Assembly (NCBI RefSeq): GCF_022701215.1
Contig: NZ_CP089976.1
Location: 1,680,001 to 1,712,000 of the forward strand
Length of the DNA stretch: 32,000 nucleotides
Source: Moraxella nasovis
Lineage (GTDB): Bacteria > Pseudomonadota > Gammaproteobacteria > Pseudomonadales > Moraxellaceae
Direction: 5' to 3'
Shown here: piece by piece, positions 6,937 through 16,469 of the stretch
Layout of the letters: every line of letters begins with the position of its first letter
Position numbering within the stretch: the stretch's first letter is position 1
The notes under the pieces: generated by a model
Database searches by the model: none
Seen by the model: only the letters and a program-made list of their open reading frames with translations
Told to the model about the DNA's origin: nothing
Made by a program: the position numbers and the translations under genes

Positions 6937-9900
6937 ATGCCAAAACGTACCGACATCAACTCCATTCTTATCATCGGAGCAGGCCCTATTGTCATCGGAC
7001 AAGCCTGCGAATTTGACTATTCAGGAGCCCAAGCTTGTAAAGCCTTGCGTGAAGAAGGCTACCGTGTGATTTTGGTGAACTCAAACCCTGCCACCATCAT
7101 GACTGACCCATCTATGGCGGATGCAACCTACATTGAGCCGATCACTTGGCAAACGGTGGAGCGAATCATCGCCAAAGAACGCCCTGATGCGATTTTACCA
7201 ACGATGGGTGGGCAGACGGCTCTTAATTGTGCTTTGGATTTAGACAAGCATGGCGTGCTTGCCAAGTATGGCTGTGAGTTAATCGGTGCGACCAAAGACG
7301 CCATCGAAAAAGCAGAAGATCGTGAGCTTTTTGATAAAGCCATGAAAAAAATTGGGCTAGAATGTCCTAAGGCTGACATTGCTGAGACGATGGAAGAAGC
7401 CTTAGAAATTCAAGCACGTTTTGGTTTTCCTGTGATTATTCGCCCAAGCTTTACGATGGGTGGATCAGGCGGTGGTATTGCTTATAATCGTGATGAATTT
7501 ATCGAGATTTGTGAGCGTGGCTTTGACTTGTCCCCCACACATCAGCTACTCATTGATGAAAGTCTCATCGGTTGGAAAGAATATGAGATGGAGGTGGTGC
7601 GTGATAAAAAAGACAACTGCATCATCGTGTGTTCTATTGAGAACTTTGATCCGATGGGCGTGCATACAGGCGATAGCATTACCGTTGCCCCTGCTCAAAC
7701 TTTGACGGATAAAGAATATCAGCTTATGCGTAATGCGTCTATTGCGGTGCTGCGTGAGATTGGCGTGGAGACAGGTGGCTCAAACGTACAATTTGGCATC
7801 AACCCTGATAATGGGCGTATGGTGGTGATTGAGATGAACCCACGAGTGAGTCGTTCATCGGCATTGGCATCAAAGGCGACAGGTTTTCCGATTGCCAAAA
7901 TCGCCGCTAAATTAGCAGTGGGTTTCACACTAGATGAACTCAAAAACGACATTACAGGTGGCAAAACGCCAGCAAGCTTTGAGCCTGCCATTGATTATGT
8001 GGTTACTAAAATTCCACGTTTTAACTTTGAAAAATTCCCCCAAGCAGAAGATACGCTCACCACTCAGATGAAGTCTGTGGGTGAAGTGATGGCAATTGGA
8101 CGTAATTTCCAAGAAAGTATGCAAAAAGCCTTGCGTGGTCTTGAGACAGGTGCGACAGGCTTTGACGATGTTACTGAGCTAAATGACAAGCCAAGTGATG
8201 TGATTGTAAGCGATATTAAAAACCGTCTAAGCATTCCTACACCTGAGCGAATTTTTTATATCGCTGAAGCGTTTCGCCGTGGTCTTAGCGTAGATGATGT
8301 GTTTGCTTTAACTAAAATCGATCCTTGGTTTTTGGTTCAGATTGAAGATATTGTTCAAACTGAACATACCATTAAATCGCTTGGCTTTGGTGATTTGACC
8401 GTAGAAAATATAAGACTTTTTAAACGTAAAGGCATGAGCGATTTACGTATTGCTAATTTGATGGGAATTAGCCAAAAGCAATTTCGCAAACGTCGCTGGG
8501 CATTAGGCGTGTATCCTGTGTATAAGCGTGTGGATACCTGTGCTGCTGAGTTTGAGACCAGCACCGCTTATATGTATTCCACCTATGATGAAGAATGCGA
8601 AGCAAATCCGTCTGATAAAGATAAAATCATGGTGATTGGTGGTGGTCCAAACCGTATCGGTCAAGGTATTGAGTTTGATTATTGCTGTGTACACGCTGCC
8701 CTTGCCATGCGTGAGGACGGATACGAGACCATCATGGTAAACTGCAACCCTGAGACCGTCTCAACCGATTATGATACGTCTGACCGCTTGTATTTTGAGC
8801 CTGTAACGCTTGAAGATGTGTTAGAAATTGTGCGTACAGAGCAGCCCAAAGGCGTGATTGTGCAATATGGCGGACAGACACCACTTAAACTTGCTCGTAG
8901 CCTAGAAGAGGCAGGTGTACCAATCATTGGTACAAGCCCTGATGCGATTGACCGTGCCGAAGACCGTGAGCGTTTTTGTCAGATGATTGATAAGCTAGGT
9001 CTAAATCAACCGCCAAATGCACTCGCTACCAGCACAGATGATGGTATCATTAAGGCAAATGGTGTAGGTTATCCGCTCGTGGTGCGTCCATCTTATGTGC
9101 TTGGCGGACGAGCGATGGAAATCGTCTATAATGAAGATGAGCTTCGCCATTATCTTAAGACTGCTGTACAAGCATCGAACGAAGCCCCAGTGTTGCTAGA
9201 TCGTTTCCTTGATGATGCCATTGAGGTAGATGTGGACTGTGTGTCTGATGGGCATAATGTCGTGATTGGCGGTATCATGCAGCACATTGAACAAGCAGGC
9301 GTGCACTCTGGTGACTCAGCATGTTCTTTGCCACCGTATTCATTGAGTAAAGAAATCCAAGATCAAATCCGAACTCAAACCATCGCAATGGCAAAAGAAT
9401 TGCACGTTGTGGGTCTTATGAATGTTCAGTATGCCATTAAAGATAATACGGTTTATATTTTAGAAGTAAACCCCCGTGCTTCTCGTACTGTGCCGTTTGT
9501 TTCTAAGTGCATCGGTGTTTCTTTGGCGAAAGTGGCAGCTCGCTGTATGGCAGGCAAAAGTCTTGATGAGCAAGGCTTTACCAAAGAGATTATCCCAAGC
9601 CATTATTCGGTTAAAGAAGCGGTATTCCCATTTGCTAAATTCCAAGGCGTAGACCCTATCTTGGGTCCTGAGATGAAATCCACAGGCGAGGTGATGGGTG
9701 TGGGGCAGACCTTTGGTGAGGCCTTTTATAAAGCCATTGTTGGTAGTGGTGATAGACTAACTGGCTTGCCAAAAGATGGAGAGACCAAAACCGTATTCAT
9801 CTCGGTGCGTGATAGCGATAAGCGTGGGGTGGTGGATGTCGCAAGACGCTTAGTGGAGTTTGGATTTAAGGTTGTGGCAACAGGCGGGACGTACACGGTT

Positions 9901-10164
9901 ATCAATGAAGCTGGCATTCCATGCGAGCGTGTCAATAAAGTAAACGAGGGTCGTCCACACATTGTAGATGCCATTAAAAATGGTGAAATCCATCTTATCA
10001 TTAACACCACTGAAGGCAAGCAGGCTTTAAAAGACTCTTTCTCTATTCGCCGCTCTGCATTGCAACATAAGGTGTTTAATGCTGCTACATTGAACGCTGC
10101 TAAGGCAGTATGTGATGCTTATGAAATCGAGCTGCCCTTTGATGTGTATAAGCTACAAGATTAA
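6937..10164 (+). CDS. carB: Carbamoyl-phosphate synthase large subunit
   Basis: 1075 aa with duplicated ATP-grasp halves ([21 protein letters not shown] and [21 protein letters not shown]) and a C-terminal MGS-like allosteric domain. Confidence 0.98.
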   Translation: MPKRTDINSILIIGAGPIVIGQACEFDYSGAQACKALREEGYRVILVNSNPATIMTDPSMADATYIEPITWQTVERIIAKERPDAILPTMGGQTALNCALDLDKHGVLAKYGCELIGATKDAIEKAEDRELFDKAMKKIGLECPKADIAETMEEALEIQARFGFPVIIRPSFTMGGSGGGIAYNRDEFIEICERGFDLSPTHQLLIDESLIGWKEYEMEVVRDKKDNCIIVCSIENFDPMGVHTGDSITVAPAQTLTDKEYQLMRNASIAVLREIGVETGGSNVQFGINPDNGRMVVIEMNPRVSRSSALASKATGFPIAKIAAKLAVGFTLDELKNDITGGKTPASFEPAIDYVVTKIPRFNFEKFPQAEDTLTTQMKSVGEVMAIGRNFQESMQKALRGLETGATGFDDVTELNDKPSDVIVSDIKNRLSIPTPERIFYIAEAFRRGLSVDDVFALTKIDPWFLVQIEDIVQTEHTIKSLGFGDLTVENIRLFKRKGMSDLRIANLMGISQKQFRKRRWALGVYPVYKRVDTCAAEFETSTAYMYSTYDEECEANPSDKDKIMVIGGGPNRIGQGIEFDYCCVHAALAMREDGYETIMVNCNPETVSTDYDTSDRLYFEPVTLEDVLEIVRTEQPKGVIVQYGGQTPLKLARSLEEAGVPIIGTSPDAIDRAEDRERFCQMIDKLGLNQPPNALATSTDDGIIKANGVGYPLVVRPSYVLGGRAMEIVYNEDELRHYLKTAVQASNEAPVLLDRFLDDAIEVDVDCVSDGHNVVIGGIMQHIEQAGVHSGDSACSLPPYSLSKEIQDQIRTQTIAMAKELHVVGLMNVQYAIKDNTVYILEVNPRASRTVPFVSKCIGVSLAKVAARCMAGKSLDEQGFTKEIIPSHYSVKEAVFPFAKFQGVDPILGPEMKSTGEVMGVGQTFGEAFYKAIVGSGDRLTGLPKDGETKTVFISVRDSDKRGVVDVARRLVEFGFKVVATGGTYTVINEAGIPCERVNKVNEGRPHIVDAIKNGEIHLIINTTEGKQALKDSFSIRRSALQHKVFNAATLNAAKAVCDAYEIELPFDVYKLQD

Positions 10165-10184
10165 CCATTAATCAATCAAACGAT

Positions 10185-10220
10185 AAAAACAAGGGTGATA
10201 GCCCTTGTTTTTATTTTTTT
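10185..10220 (+). terminator. Rho-independent terminator after carB
   Basis: AAAAACAAGGG-TGATAG-CCCTTGTTTTT followed by ATTTTTTTT. Confidence 0.75.
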
Positions 10221-10260
10221 TAATATGGACTATCTACCGATGTATTTGGCGATTGCTCGG

Positions 10261-10294
10261 TAATTACCCAAGCTTTATAATTACCCAAGCTTTA
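10261..10294. repeat. Exact 17-bp tandem direct repeat (2 copies), plus a third half-site TAATTACC at 10304-10311
   Basis: TAATTACCCAAGCTTTA occurs at 10261-10277 and again at 10278-10294. Confidence 0.9.
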
Positions 10295-10498
10295 GTGAGT
10301 GCCTAATTACCAGCCGATGAAACTTGCAATGATATTGTGTTAAGCAATTTTATGCACGACTTGCATTTGGAAAGTTCTCGCCTTGTCTGTTTGTATTTTA
10401 AACAAACCATATGAGGCTTGCGATGTGCAAGAGTAGATTTTTTAAGGCTTTTGCTGTCTTAACACATTGGAAAATTATATTTAATCGATAAATCACTC

Positions 10499-10526
10499 TT
10501 GCTTTTTTATTAAAAAGACTTACAAT
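10499..10526 (+). promoter_or_regulatory. Sigma70-like promoter of the greA leader
   Basis: TTGCTT (10499-10504), 16-nt spacer, TACAAT (10521-10526). Confidence 0.45.
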
Positions 10527-10553
10527 AGCTTGATAAGTTTTTATTTTTTGACC

Positions 10554-10583
10554 CTTGCCAGAGTCGCTTTGGCGAGTTTTTTT
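10554..10583 (+). terminator. Intrinsic-terminator-like hairpin inside the greA leader (attenuator or short leader RNA)
   Basis: CTTGCCAGAG / CTTTGGCGAG 10-bp stem (two G-U pairs), loop TCG, followed directly by T7 (10577-10583). It lies 22 nt upstream of the greA ATG. Confidence 0.55.
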
Positions 10584-10605
10584 ATACGTTTAAAAAAGGA
10601 TATTT

Positions 10606-11082
10606 ATGCAACGCTATCCAATGACACCACAAGGTCATGCCGATCTTGAGGCAGAACTTAAGCAACTAAAGACCGTCGATCGTCCAAGAATTACGACTGC
10701 TATTGCTGAGGCACGTGAGCATGGTGATCTTAAGGAAAATGCTGAATACCATGCTGCACGTGAACAACAAGGACTGTGTGAGGCACGCATCCGTGATATC
10801 GAGGCAAAACTTGGCGGTGCCCAAATCATCAACCCTAAGACACTTCCCCAAGATGGGCGAGTGGTGTTTGGGGTAACAGTCGTGCTTGAGAATCTGGATA
10901 CTGATGAGCAGTGCCGTTATAAGATTGTTGGTGATGATGAAGCAGATTTTAAAATTAATAAAATCTCAGTTAACTCTCCGATTGCTCGTGGCTTGATCGG
11001 TAAGTCAGAAGGTGATGAAGCTAAAATCCAAACGCCAAGTGGTTTGGTGGAATTTGAAATTCTAGAAGTTATCTACGAATAA
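10606..11082 (+). CDS. greA: Transcription elongation (cleavage) factor GreA
   Basis: 158 aa. N-terminal coiled coil containing [20 protein letters not shown], and a C-terminal FKBP-like domain ([14 protein letters not shown]). AAGGA RBS. Confidence 0.96.
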   Translation: MQRYPMTPQGHADLEAELKQLKTVDRPRITTAIAEAREHGDLKENAEYHAAREQQGLCEARIRDIEAKLGGAQIINPKTLPQDGRVVFGVTVVLENLDTDEQCRYKIVGDDEADFKINKISVNSPIARGLIGKSEGDEAKIQTPSGLVEFEILEVIYE

Positions 11083-11087
11083 GTTGA

Positions 11088-11453
11088 TTGATTATGAAAC
11101 ATCTGCATTTATTGATGGTCGTGATAACGCTTGGGCTTTTTTTGTACCATGCGATTGTAGTTTTGATGGGTAAGAAGGTAGCAGTATCTCGTTATCTGAC
11201 CATCATGACACACATTTCATTGTTATTGCTTGTGGTGAGTGGTCTTTATATGTTGGCGGTATGGTATCAATTCACTGCAATGTGGGCGATTGCCAAGCTG
11301 ATTTTATTGATTGTTGCAGTATCTGCCAGCATGAAAGCAATGAGAGCGACTGCGACAAAAGCTCAGGCAAAATTTGGCATGTTCATTGCACTGATTGCTT
11401 ATGGTGCAATCTTAGTACTGGCGGTCAAAAAACCAATTTTGTTATTATTTTAA
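11088..11453 (+). CDS. Small 4-helix membrane protein, SirB2/YchQ-like. Likely start is ATG 11094.
   Basis: MKHLHLLMVVITLGLFLYHAI... The KHLHL N-terminus and roughly 120-aa four-TM layout resemble the SirB family. Assignment is by recollection only. Confidence 0.5.
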   Translation: MIMKHLHLLMVVITLGLFLYHAIVVLMGKKVAVSRYLTIMTHISLLLLVVSGLYMLAVWYQFTAMWAIAKLILLIVAVSASMKAMRATATKAQAKFGMFIALIAYGAILVLAVKKPILLLF

Positions 11454-11532
11454 GCCAGATGACTATGGGAATCGCTATGCTTAAAGCTATAAGCTAAAGC
11501 ATGGTCAAGCGTTAAAAATAAGGTGGTATCTG

Positions 11533-12411
11533 ATGAATGTATTAAAACAAAAGGCTTTCAATCGTGTCATGATAGTGTCAAGCGTGGCAGCTATTGTGGC
11601 ATTGACAGGGTGTGCTAGTAAGCCCACCTACCACCCAAATTCTAAATCAACCAAAAATTACAGCGGACCTAACCGATACCTTGTGCGTCAAGGCGATACA
11701 GTTAGTAAGATTGCTGAGCGTTATGGCGTGGAGTGGCGTCAAATTGCACGACTAAATAACTTAGATAGTGATTATACCATTTATGTTGGGCAATGGCTTA
11801 CTTTATGGGAGAAAGCTGAGTTGGCACCTACTAAGCGTACACCGCCACCTGTTCAATCTCAAGTCAAAGCAATACCGCAACAACCGATTTATACCCCAAG
11901 ACCAAATCAAGTAGCCCCCATTGTGGTTAATACGCCTAAGCCGCAAATCTCTCAAAATAAGCCAAAACCTGTTATTGTTAATACACCTGTATCATCAACA
12001 GGTGTAGCACCAATCGTGGGCAGTGCAGGACTAATGCAGTTCACATACCCAGTATCAAAGAATAATCCTGTGGTACGCCGTTTTGGAACCAACACCATTG
12101 GTAATAAATCAGTAACCAGTGATGGTATGTGGTTTGCAGGCAATGGCGGTGATTTGGTTTTTGCCAGTCGCTCAGGGGTGGTAACGCATGTAGATGGTAA
12201 TGGTGTGGCAGGTGCTATGGTGATGATTCGTCATGATGATGGCTTTACAAGCAGTTATATCCATATCAAGGATGCAGGTGTCAGGGTGGGTCAGTCTGTT
12301 ATAGCAGGGCAACAAATTGCTAAAATGCGTGAACAAGGTTCTGCAGCATTGCTTGAGTTTCGTGTCGCTAAAAATGGCGTATATGTTGATCCTTTGATGG
12401 TTCTTAAGTAG
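11533..12411 (+). CDS. nlpD: NlpD-like lipoprotein: lipobox, LysM, Pro/Gln-rich linker and a degenerate M23 (dLytM) domain
   Basis: Lipobox LTGC. LysM: YLVRQGDTVSKIAERYGVEWRQIARLNNL...YVGQWL. The M23 fold is present, but the HxxxD and HxH metal ligands are absent (GMWFAGNGGD and AALLEFRV in their places). Confidence 0.8.
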   Translation: MNVLKQKAFNRVMIVSSVAAIVALTGCASKPTYHPNSKSTKNYSGPNRYLVRQGDTVSKIAERYGVEWRQIARLNNLDSDYTIYVGQWLTLWEKAELAPTKRTPPPVQSQVKAIPQQPIYTPRPNQVAPIVVNTPKPQISQNKPKPVIVNTPVSSTGVAPIVGSAGLMQFTYPVSKNNPVVRRFGTNTIGNKSVTSDGMWFAGNGGDLVFASRSGVVTHVDGNGVAGAMVMIRHDDGFTSSYIHIKDAGVRVGQSVIAGQQIAKMREQGSAALLEFRVAKNGVYVDPLMVLK

Positions 12412-12470
12412 ATTTGTTTTTAGATAAAATCGTTGATTAATATAGCCTTTGCATTAATATAACCAAACTA

Positions 12471-12498
12471 AAAACCACGCTTAATTAGGCGTGGTTTT
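12471..12498. terminator. Bidirectional terminator between the convergent nlpD-like and surA genes
   Basis: AAAACCACGC-TTAATTAG-GCGTGGTTTT. A/T runs flank it on both sides. Confidence 0.7.
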
Positions 12499-12531
12499 TA
12501 GTGCTACAAATGCTACAGTCAGTGCTTAAAA

Positions 12532-13530
12532 TCAATTTATAATTTCGACATAAGCATCAGAACGCAGCTCGTTTAGCCAGTCTTCTTGGACTTGTGGTGC
12601 AAGGCGACTAAATAAAATTTCACGTGCCGCATTATCACGGTACTGCTTGCTGATGTCTTGTTCACGTGTCTGATCGACTTTTAGGATGTGCCAACCAAAC
12701 TGTGAACGAAACGGTGCTGAGTAGTCGCCAGCTTCTGTTCTTTTCATCATCGCCTCAAATTCAGGTACCATTTGACCTTCTTTGACCCAGCCTAGATTGC
12801 CATGATTTACAGCCGACCCTAAATCATCTGAGTGATAAGCGGCAAGTGTCTTAAAGTCAGCTCCCTTGCGTAGTTCGTCATATAAAGCATCAATTTTTTG
12901 TTTGGCAGCGGCGGTATCGCCTTGCACAAGGATGTGCGATGTCTTCCATTCAGGTGCGATAACCTGCTTGGGGATTTTGGCTGCTTCTGGCGATTTTAGA
13001 AAAGAAGTGACAGCATCATCGCTGATTTTGATACGGCTAGAAGCTTGGTGTTGCCATAAAGCACTAATACCAGCATCTTCATTAATGCGTTGTCTTAGGG
13101 CGTTATAGCTGCCTTTTTGTTGGGTTTCCATAGACTGCTGGAGCTGGGCGATAGAATTTAACCCTTGAGATTGGGCGATTTGCATGAGTTGGTGATTTAT
13201 GGCTTCATCGCTCACTGTAAAACCTGCACGATTAATCATGCCAAGCTGAACTTTGCGAACGATTAGCTCATCTAAGGCTTGTCGCTGGGCTTGAGCTGGC
13301 GTAATGCTTAGGTCGTGTGCTTGATACTGATTAATGATGTCATAAGTGGCATCATTTAGTTCACTTTTTAGGATAATTTGATCGTTTACTTTAGCAATAA
13401 TGCCGTCATTACTGCCATACTGGGTCAGTGTGTTGGTATTTGGGGTGTCTTTAGCAATGGCTACTGAAGGCAAGGCGATACTGCCAAGGCTAACGATTGC
13501 TGCGATTAATAGGGTTTTTTTATGATTCAT
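12532..13530 (-). CDS. surA: Periplasmic chaperone/peptidyl-prolyl isomerase SurA (short form with a single parvulin domain)
   Basis: Signal peptide, SurA_N-like chaperone region, and one parvulin domain (HILV...GNLGWVKEGQMVPEFE...FGWHILKV). It lies directly downstream of lptD, as in the canonical lptD-surA operon. Confidence 0.8.
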   Translation of the reverse strand: MNHKKTLLIAAIVSLGSIALPSVAIAKDTPNTNTLTQYGSNDGIIAKVNDQIILKSELNDATYDIINQYQAHDLSITPAQAQRQALDELIVRKVQLGMINRAGFTVSDEAINHQLMQIAQSQGLNSIAQLQQSMETQQKGSYNALRQRINEDAGISALWQHQASSRIKISDDAVTSFLKSPEAAKIPKQVIAPEWKTSHILVQGDTAAAKQKIDALYDELRKGADFKTLAAYHSDDLGSAVNHGNLGWVKEGQMVPEFEAMMKRTEAGDYSAPFRSQFGWHILKVDQTREQDISKQYRDNAAREILFSRLAPQVQEDWLNELRSDAYVEIIN

Positions 13531-13624
13531 GCGAATTCCTTAGTGGTTGGCAAGTTGCCATTCAAACTGGGTTAAGTTTAGCATTTGCACTGTATGCCGT
13601 CAATCATGGTGTTTACGAAAGTGG

Positions 13625-16324
13625 CTAATAAGCACGTTGCCATGCTTTTTGGGCATCGTCATATCCCATCACCTTACTGCTTAGTAGGCGGTTTAATTTA
13701 CCACTGCTCGTGATACCATTAAGGCGAAGTTCGACCATGATAGCAGTATCTAGACTTGTTTTTGGGTTTAGGTTATTGCGATAACGACGTGCATAGACAG
13801 ACATGCCATAACAACAATCTTCATAGTTTAATCCAAGCAGGGCGTCCATTAGGCGATTATGCTTGTAATCATACTGAGCTTGGCTAAGCACTCGCCAATT
13901 ATTATTGATTGGGAAAATGGCAGATCCAGTGTAGGTAGATAAGCTGCGCTGATTAAAAGCTGGATTTTCTTTACGATGTACCACACCTAGGCTAAATAGA
14001 CTTTTTTCATTTGGCTGATAGCGTACTTGGGTTGTGATATTATTTAGTGTATATTGTCTTGTGAATACGCCTGCAGTATCTAGCCATAAGTTATTATAAG
14101 GCTGAGCATTCGCCCTAAAGGCTGTGCCTGAGCTTTTAGCGTTAAATCGTGATTGGGTGTCAATATTGACTTTCATATCATCAAGGTAGAATTGCTCTGC
14201 AATACCCCCATCAAATCGAGTCTTACCTTGGTTATCGATATAGCGATAACTGATGGCAGGCGTGATAGCGTGCGTATCGGCGATGCGATCATATCCTAAG
14301 AACCAAGTGTCAGATAATAGCTGATCATAGCTGATTGATGCGATAGAAGTATCGAAGTTTGGGATGTTGTCTTGTGCTTTGTAAGGTGTCCGGGTGTATT
14401 TAATGCGTGGGCTTAGTACTTGATAGCCGCCTAATTTTTTATCAAACACTCCAAAAGGTGAGCCTGATTTTTCAAAGAATAAGCCACTATCAATACTTAG
14501 CGTTGGAGCAAAAATACTGTTCGTGCCTTGTTTTTTGGTGAGATTGCGGTTAGCCAAACTGTCTTCGTCGTAAGAGGCGTATAGATGAGTTAGGCTAAGC
14601 TTTGGGGTGAAATAGCCCCATGGTTTTAGCACAGGATAGCTTGCCGATATTTGGTTATATGCACGCACACCGCTTTTTTCAGCTTCTGAGCCATCTCTGA
14701 TTGACTTTTTAAAATAAGCTGAGTCATGAACCCCAAAGATGGTCAGTGCGTTTAGTGGCTTTAGTAAGTCCGTGTTAAATTTAGGCAGATGATAGGTTGC
14801 TGACAGCTGTGGCAGGCGTGCATAAGGACGGTCTTTATCTAAGATTGGCGTGCCATCGTTGGTTGTTGCAAAGAGGGTTTGAAAATCTTCTACTCTAAGC
14901 GAGGCTTGAATGGCATCGTTATAATAATTAACGCCAATACGTCGAGATAGGTTTAGCTGGTTTTTTTGTAAGCCTAAGGTATCAAAATCGTTTAGATAAT
15001 CAGCGTCTGAGACATAGCGGTAATTTGCATTTACTGATAAGTTTTTAATGCTATTTGAGTGCCATGTGTGATCAAAAAAGACGTGGCTACGATCTTGATC
15101 GTTTCTTTTTTTGTCTTTTGGGAGATAGGCGGTATCAAGTGTGCCTGAGCCATATTTGGCTGTCAAATAGCGAAATTCAGCTGCAATCTTAGGGTTACGA
15201 TTACTAAAGACGGTAGGCGTAATTGTCGCATCAAAGTTTGGGGCAAGATTAAGATAATAAGGTGTACTAACTTCAAGGCTGTCTTTTGAGCTAAGCCCAG
15301 CAGTCGGTAATAAAAAACCACTAGAGCGACGATCGTCAATTGGAAAATTAAAATAAGGCAGATAAAATACAGGGACTTTGCCAATTTTTAGGGTGCTGTG
15401 TTTGGCAATGCCACGCCCAGTATCTGTATTGATGTCAATGCTACTGGCGTCTAGTTGCCATTTACGGTTGGTTGGCGGGCAGGTGCTAAACATCACTTCT
15501 TGCATTTGGTAGTGATGGTTATCGTTTTGCTTGAGCGTTTTGGCATAGCCGTGAGCATTGATTGCTGTACTGGCAAAGGCGACATCTTCGGCGGTGGTTT
15601 TGCCATCAGAAGTGCGTTCTAATGAGTCTGCTACGCCTATTATGCCATCTGTTTTATTGGAGGTATTTTTTTCATCTGCATTATAAAATGTGACATTGCC
15701 TACAGCCTTTGATTCGCCCGTTTTGGGATTTAGGGTGATTTTATCTGCAAAAATTTGCCGACCATCTTGTTCAAGCACGACATTGCCTGACAGCTTGGCA
15801 TGCGTCTCGTGATAATAACCATAGTCAGCGGTGGCATAATAGTTGTGGGGCTTGGTATCTGTTGTAGCACCTAGTTTTTGGGTTAGACTTTGGGTTTTTG
15901 GAGTAATCCATTGACCTTGGCAACGTGCTTGGTCTGCTTGGGCATCTTGGTTGCTGTCTTTATAGTGTCTTGTAAGCTTAAGTAGGCTGTTTGCTTGGCT
16001 TTTGGGTATTTCCTTGCCTAGGCTTTCATTCGTGCTAATGTCTGTATCTGTATCTGTATCTGTATCTGTATCTGTATCTGTATCTGTATCTGTATCTGTA
16101 TCTGTATCTGTATCTGTATCTGTATCTGTATCTGTATTAACAGTAGGGGTGCTGACGCCATCAGTCAAGGCTATCTTAGAAAGGTCTTCTTGTGCTGCAA
16201 AGCTGATAAAGGGCGTTAAGCTTATGCCAAATAAAGCCATGCGTATACCGACAGCTAAACATTTTGGAGCGTTTTTCTTGGTAGTGGAGATAGAATTCAC
16301 AGCAAATAGCCTTGTATCAAGCAA
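13625..16324 (-). CDS. lptD: LPS-assembly outer-membrane protein LptD, with an N-terminal extension carrying a (Thr-Asp)16 repeat. Alternative start at 16240.
   Basis: 899 aa. OstA/beta-jellyroll region (ADKITLNPKTGESKAVGNVTF), then a large beta-barrel with a C-terminal aromatic-rich end. Synteny with surA downstream and divergent amgK-murU. Confidence 0.9.
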   Translation of the reverse strand: MLDTRLFAVNSISTTKKNAPKCLAVGIRMALFGISLTPFISFAAQEDLSKIALTDGVSTPTVNTDTDTDTDTDTDTDTDTDTDTDTDTDTDTDTDISTNESLGKEIPKSQANSLLKLTRHYKDSNQDAQADQARCQGQWITPKTQSLTQKLGATTDTKPHNYYATADYGYYHETHAKLSGNVVLEQDGRQIFADKITLNPKTGESKAVGNVTFYNADEKNTSNKTDGIIGVADSLERTSDGKTTAEDVAFASTAINAHGYAKTLKQNDNHHYQMQEVMFSTCPPTNRKWQLDASSIDINTDTGRGIAKHSTLKIGKVPVFYLPYFNFPIDDRRSSGFLLPTAGLSSKDSLEVSTPYYLNLAPNFDATITPTVFSNRNPKIAAEFRYLTAKYGSGTLDTAYLPKDKKRNDQDRSHVFFDHTWHSNSIKNLSVNANYRYVSDADYLNDFDTLGLQKNQLNLSRRIGVNYYNDAIQASLRVEDFQTLFATTNDGTPILDKDRPYARLPQLSATYHLPKFNTDLLKPLNALTIFGVHDSAYFKKSIRDGSEAEKSGVRAYNQISASYPVLKPWGYFTPKLSLTHLYASYDEDSLANRNLTKKQGTNSIFAPTLSIDSGLFFEKSGSPFGVFDKKLGGYQVLSPRIKYTRTPYKAQDNIPNFDTSIASISYDQLLSDTWFLGYDRIADTHAITPAISYRYIDNQGKTRFDGGIAEQFYLDDMKVNIDTQSRFNAKSSGTAFRANAQPYNNLWLDTAGVFTRQYTLNNITTQVRYQPNEKSLFSLGVVHRKENPAFNQRSLSTYTGSAIFPINNNWRVLSQAQYDYKHNRLMDALLGLNYEDCCYGMSVYARRYRNNLNPKTSLDTAIMVELRLNGITSSGKLNRLLSSKVMGYDDAQKAWQRAY
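16040..16135 (-). repeat. Perfect in-frame hexanucleotide microsatellite of 16 units, encoding (Thr-Asp)16 within lptD
   Basis: The plus strand reads (TCTGTA/GTATCT)n without interruption across 96 nt. The minus-strand codons are ACA GAT repeated, and the last Asp codon is GAC. Confidence 0.95.
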
Positions 16325-16469
16325 ATAACCTGCTTATTTTACATGAAAACAGTGCATTTGGCATAAACATTTTGGCTTTGGGTTAATTAAATTGCCATAT
16401 GCTACTAGAGAAAAAACCCAAAATCAGCTACACTAATGCTAATTATTGTAATGATATCAAAGGTTTTTT

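Noticed and set aside
6661-7002. Minus-strand 113-aa ORF spanning the TIR gene/carB junction
   Set aside because: It is antisense to two well-supported genes in very AT-rich DNA. It has no motif or RBS, and stop-poor antisense frames are expected here.
10228-10243. Shared TATGGA...CTATCTACCG word between the carB-greA spacer (about 10228) and the tRNA-metG spacer (about 18841)
   Set aside because: The exact match is only 10 nt. Hundreds of 10-mer coincidences are expected by chance in a 32-kb AT-rich window, so it is not evidence of a repeat family.
11261-11497. 78-aa Cys-rich ORF overlapping the SirB-like gene
   Set aside because: It is an alternate frame of a hydrophobic membrane-protein gene. 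The membrane-protein frame is more coherent and has a start right after greA.
16040-16135. Possible CRISPR-like or other repeat array
   Set aside because: The units are 6 nt with no spacers and sit in-frame inside lptD, so this is a coding microsatellite rather than CRISPR. No CRISPR array was seen anywhere in the window.
16002-16328. Plus-strand ORF of 108 aa with a long (Ser-Val)n run
   Set aside because: It is the antisense reading of the lptD (Thr-Asp)n hexanucleotide repeat and lies wholly inside lptD. It has no independent coding signal.
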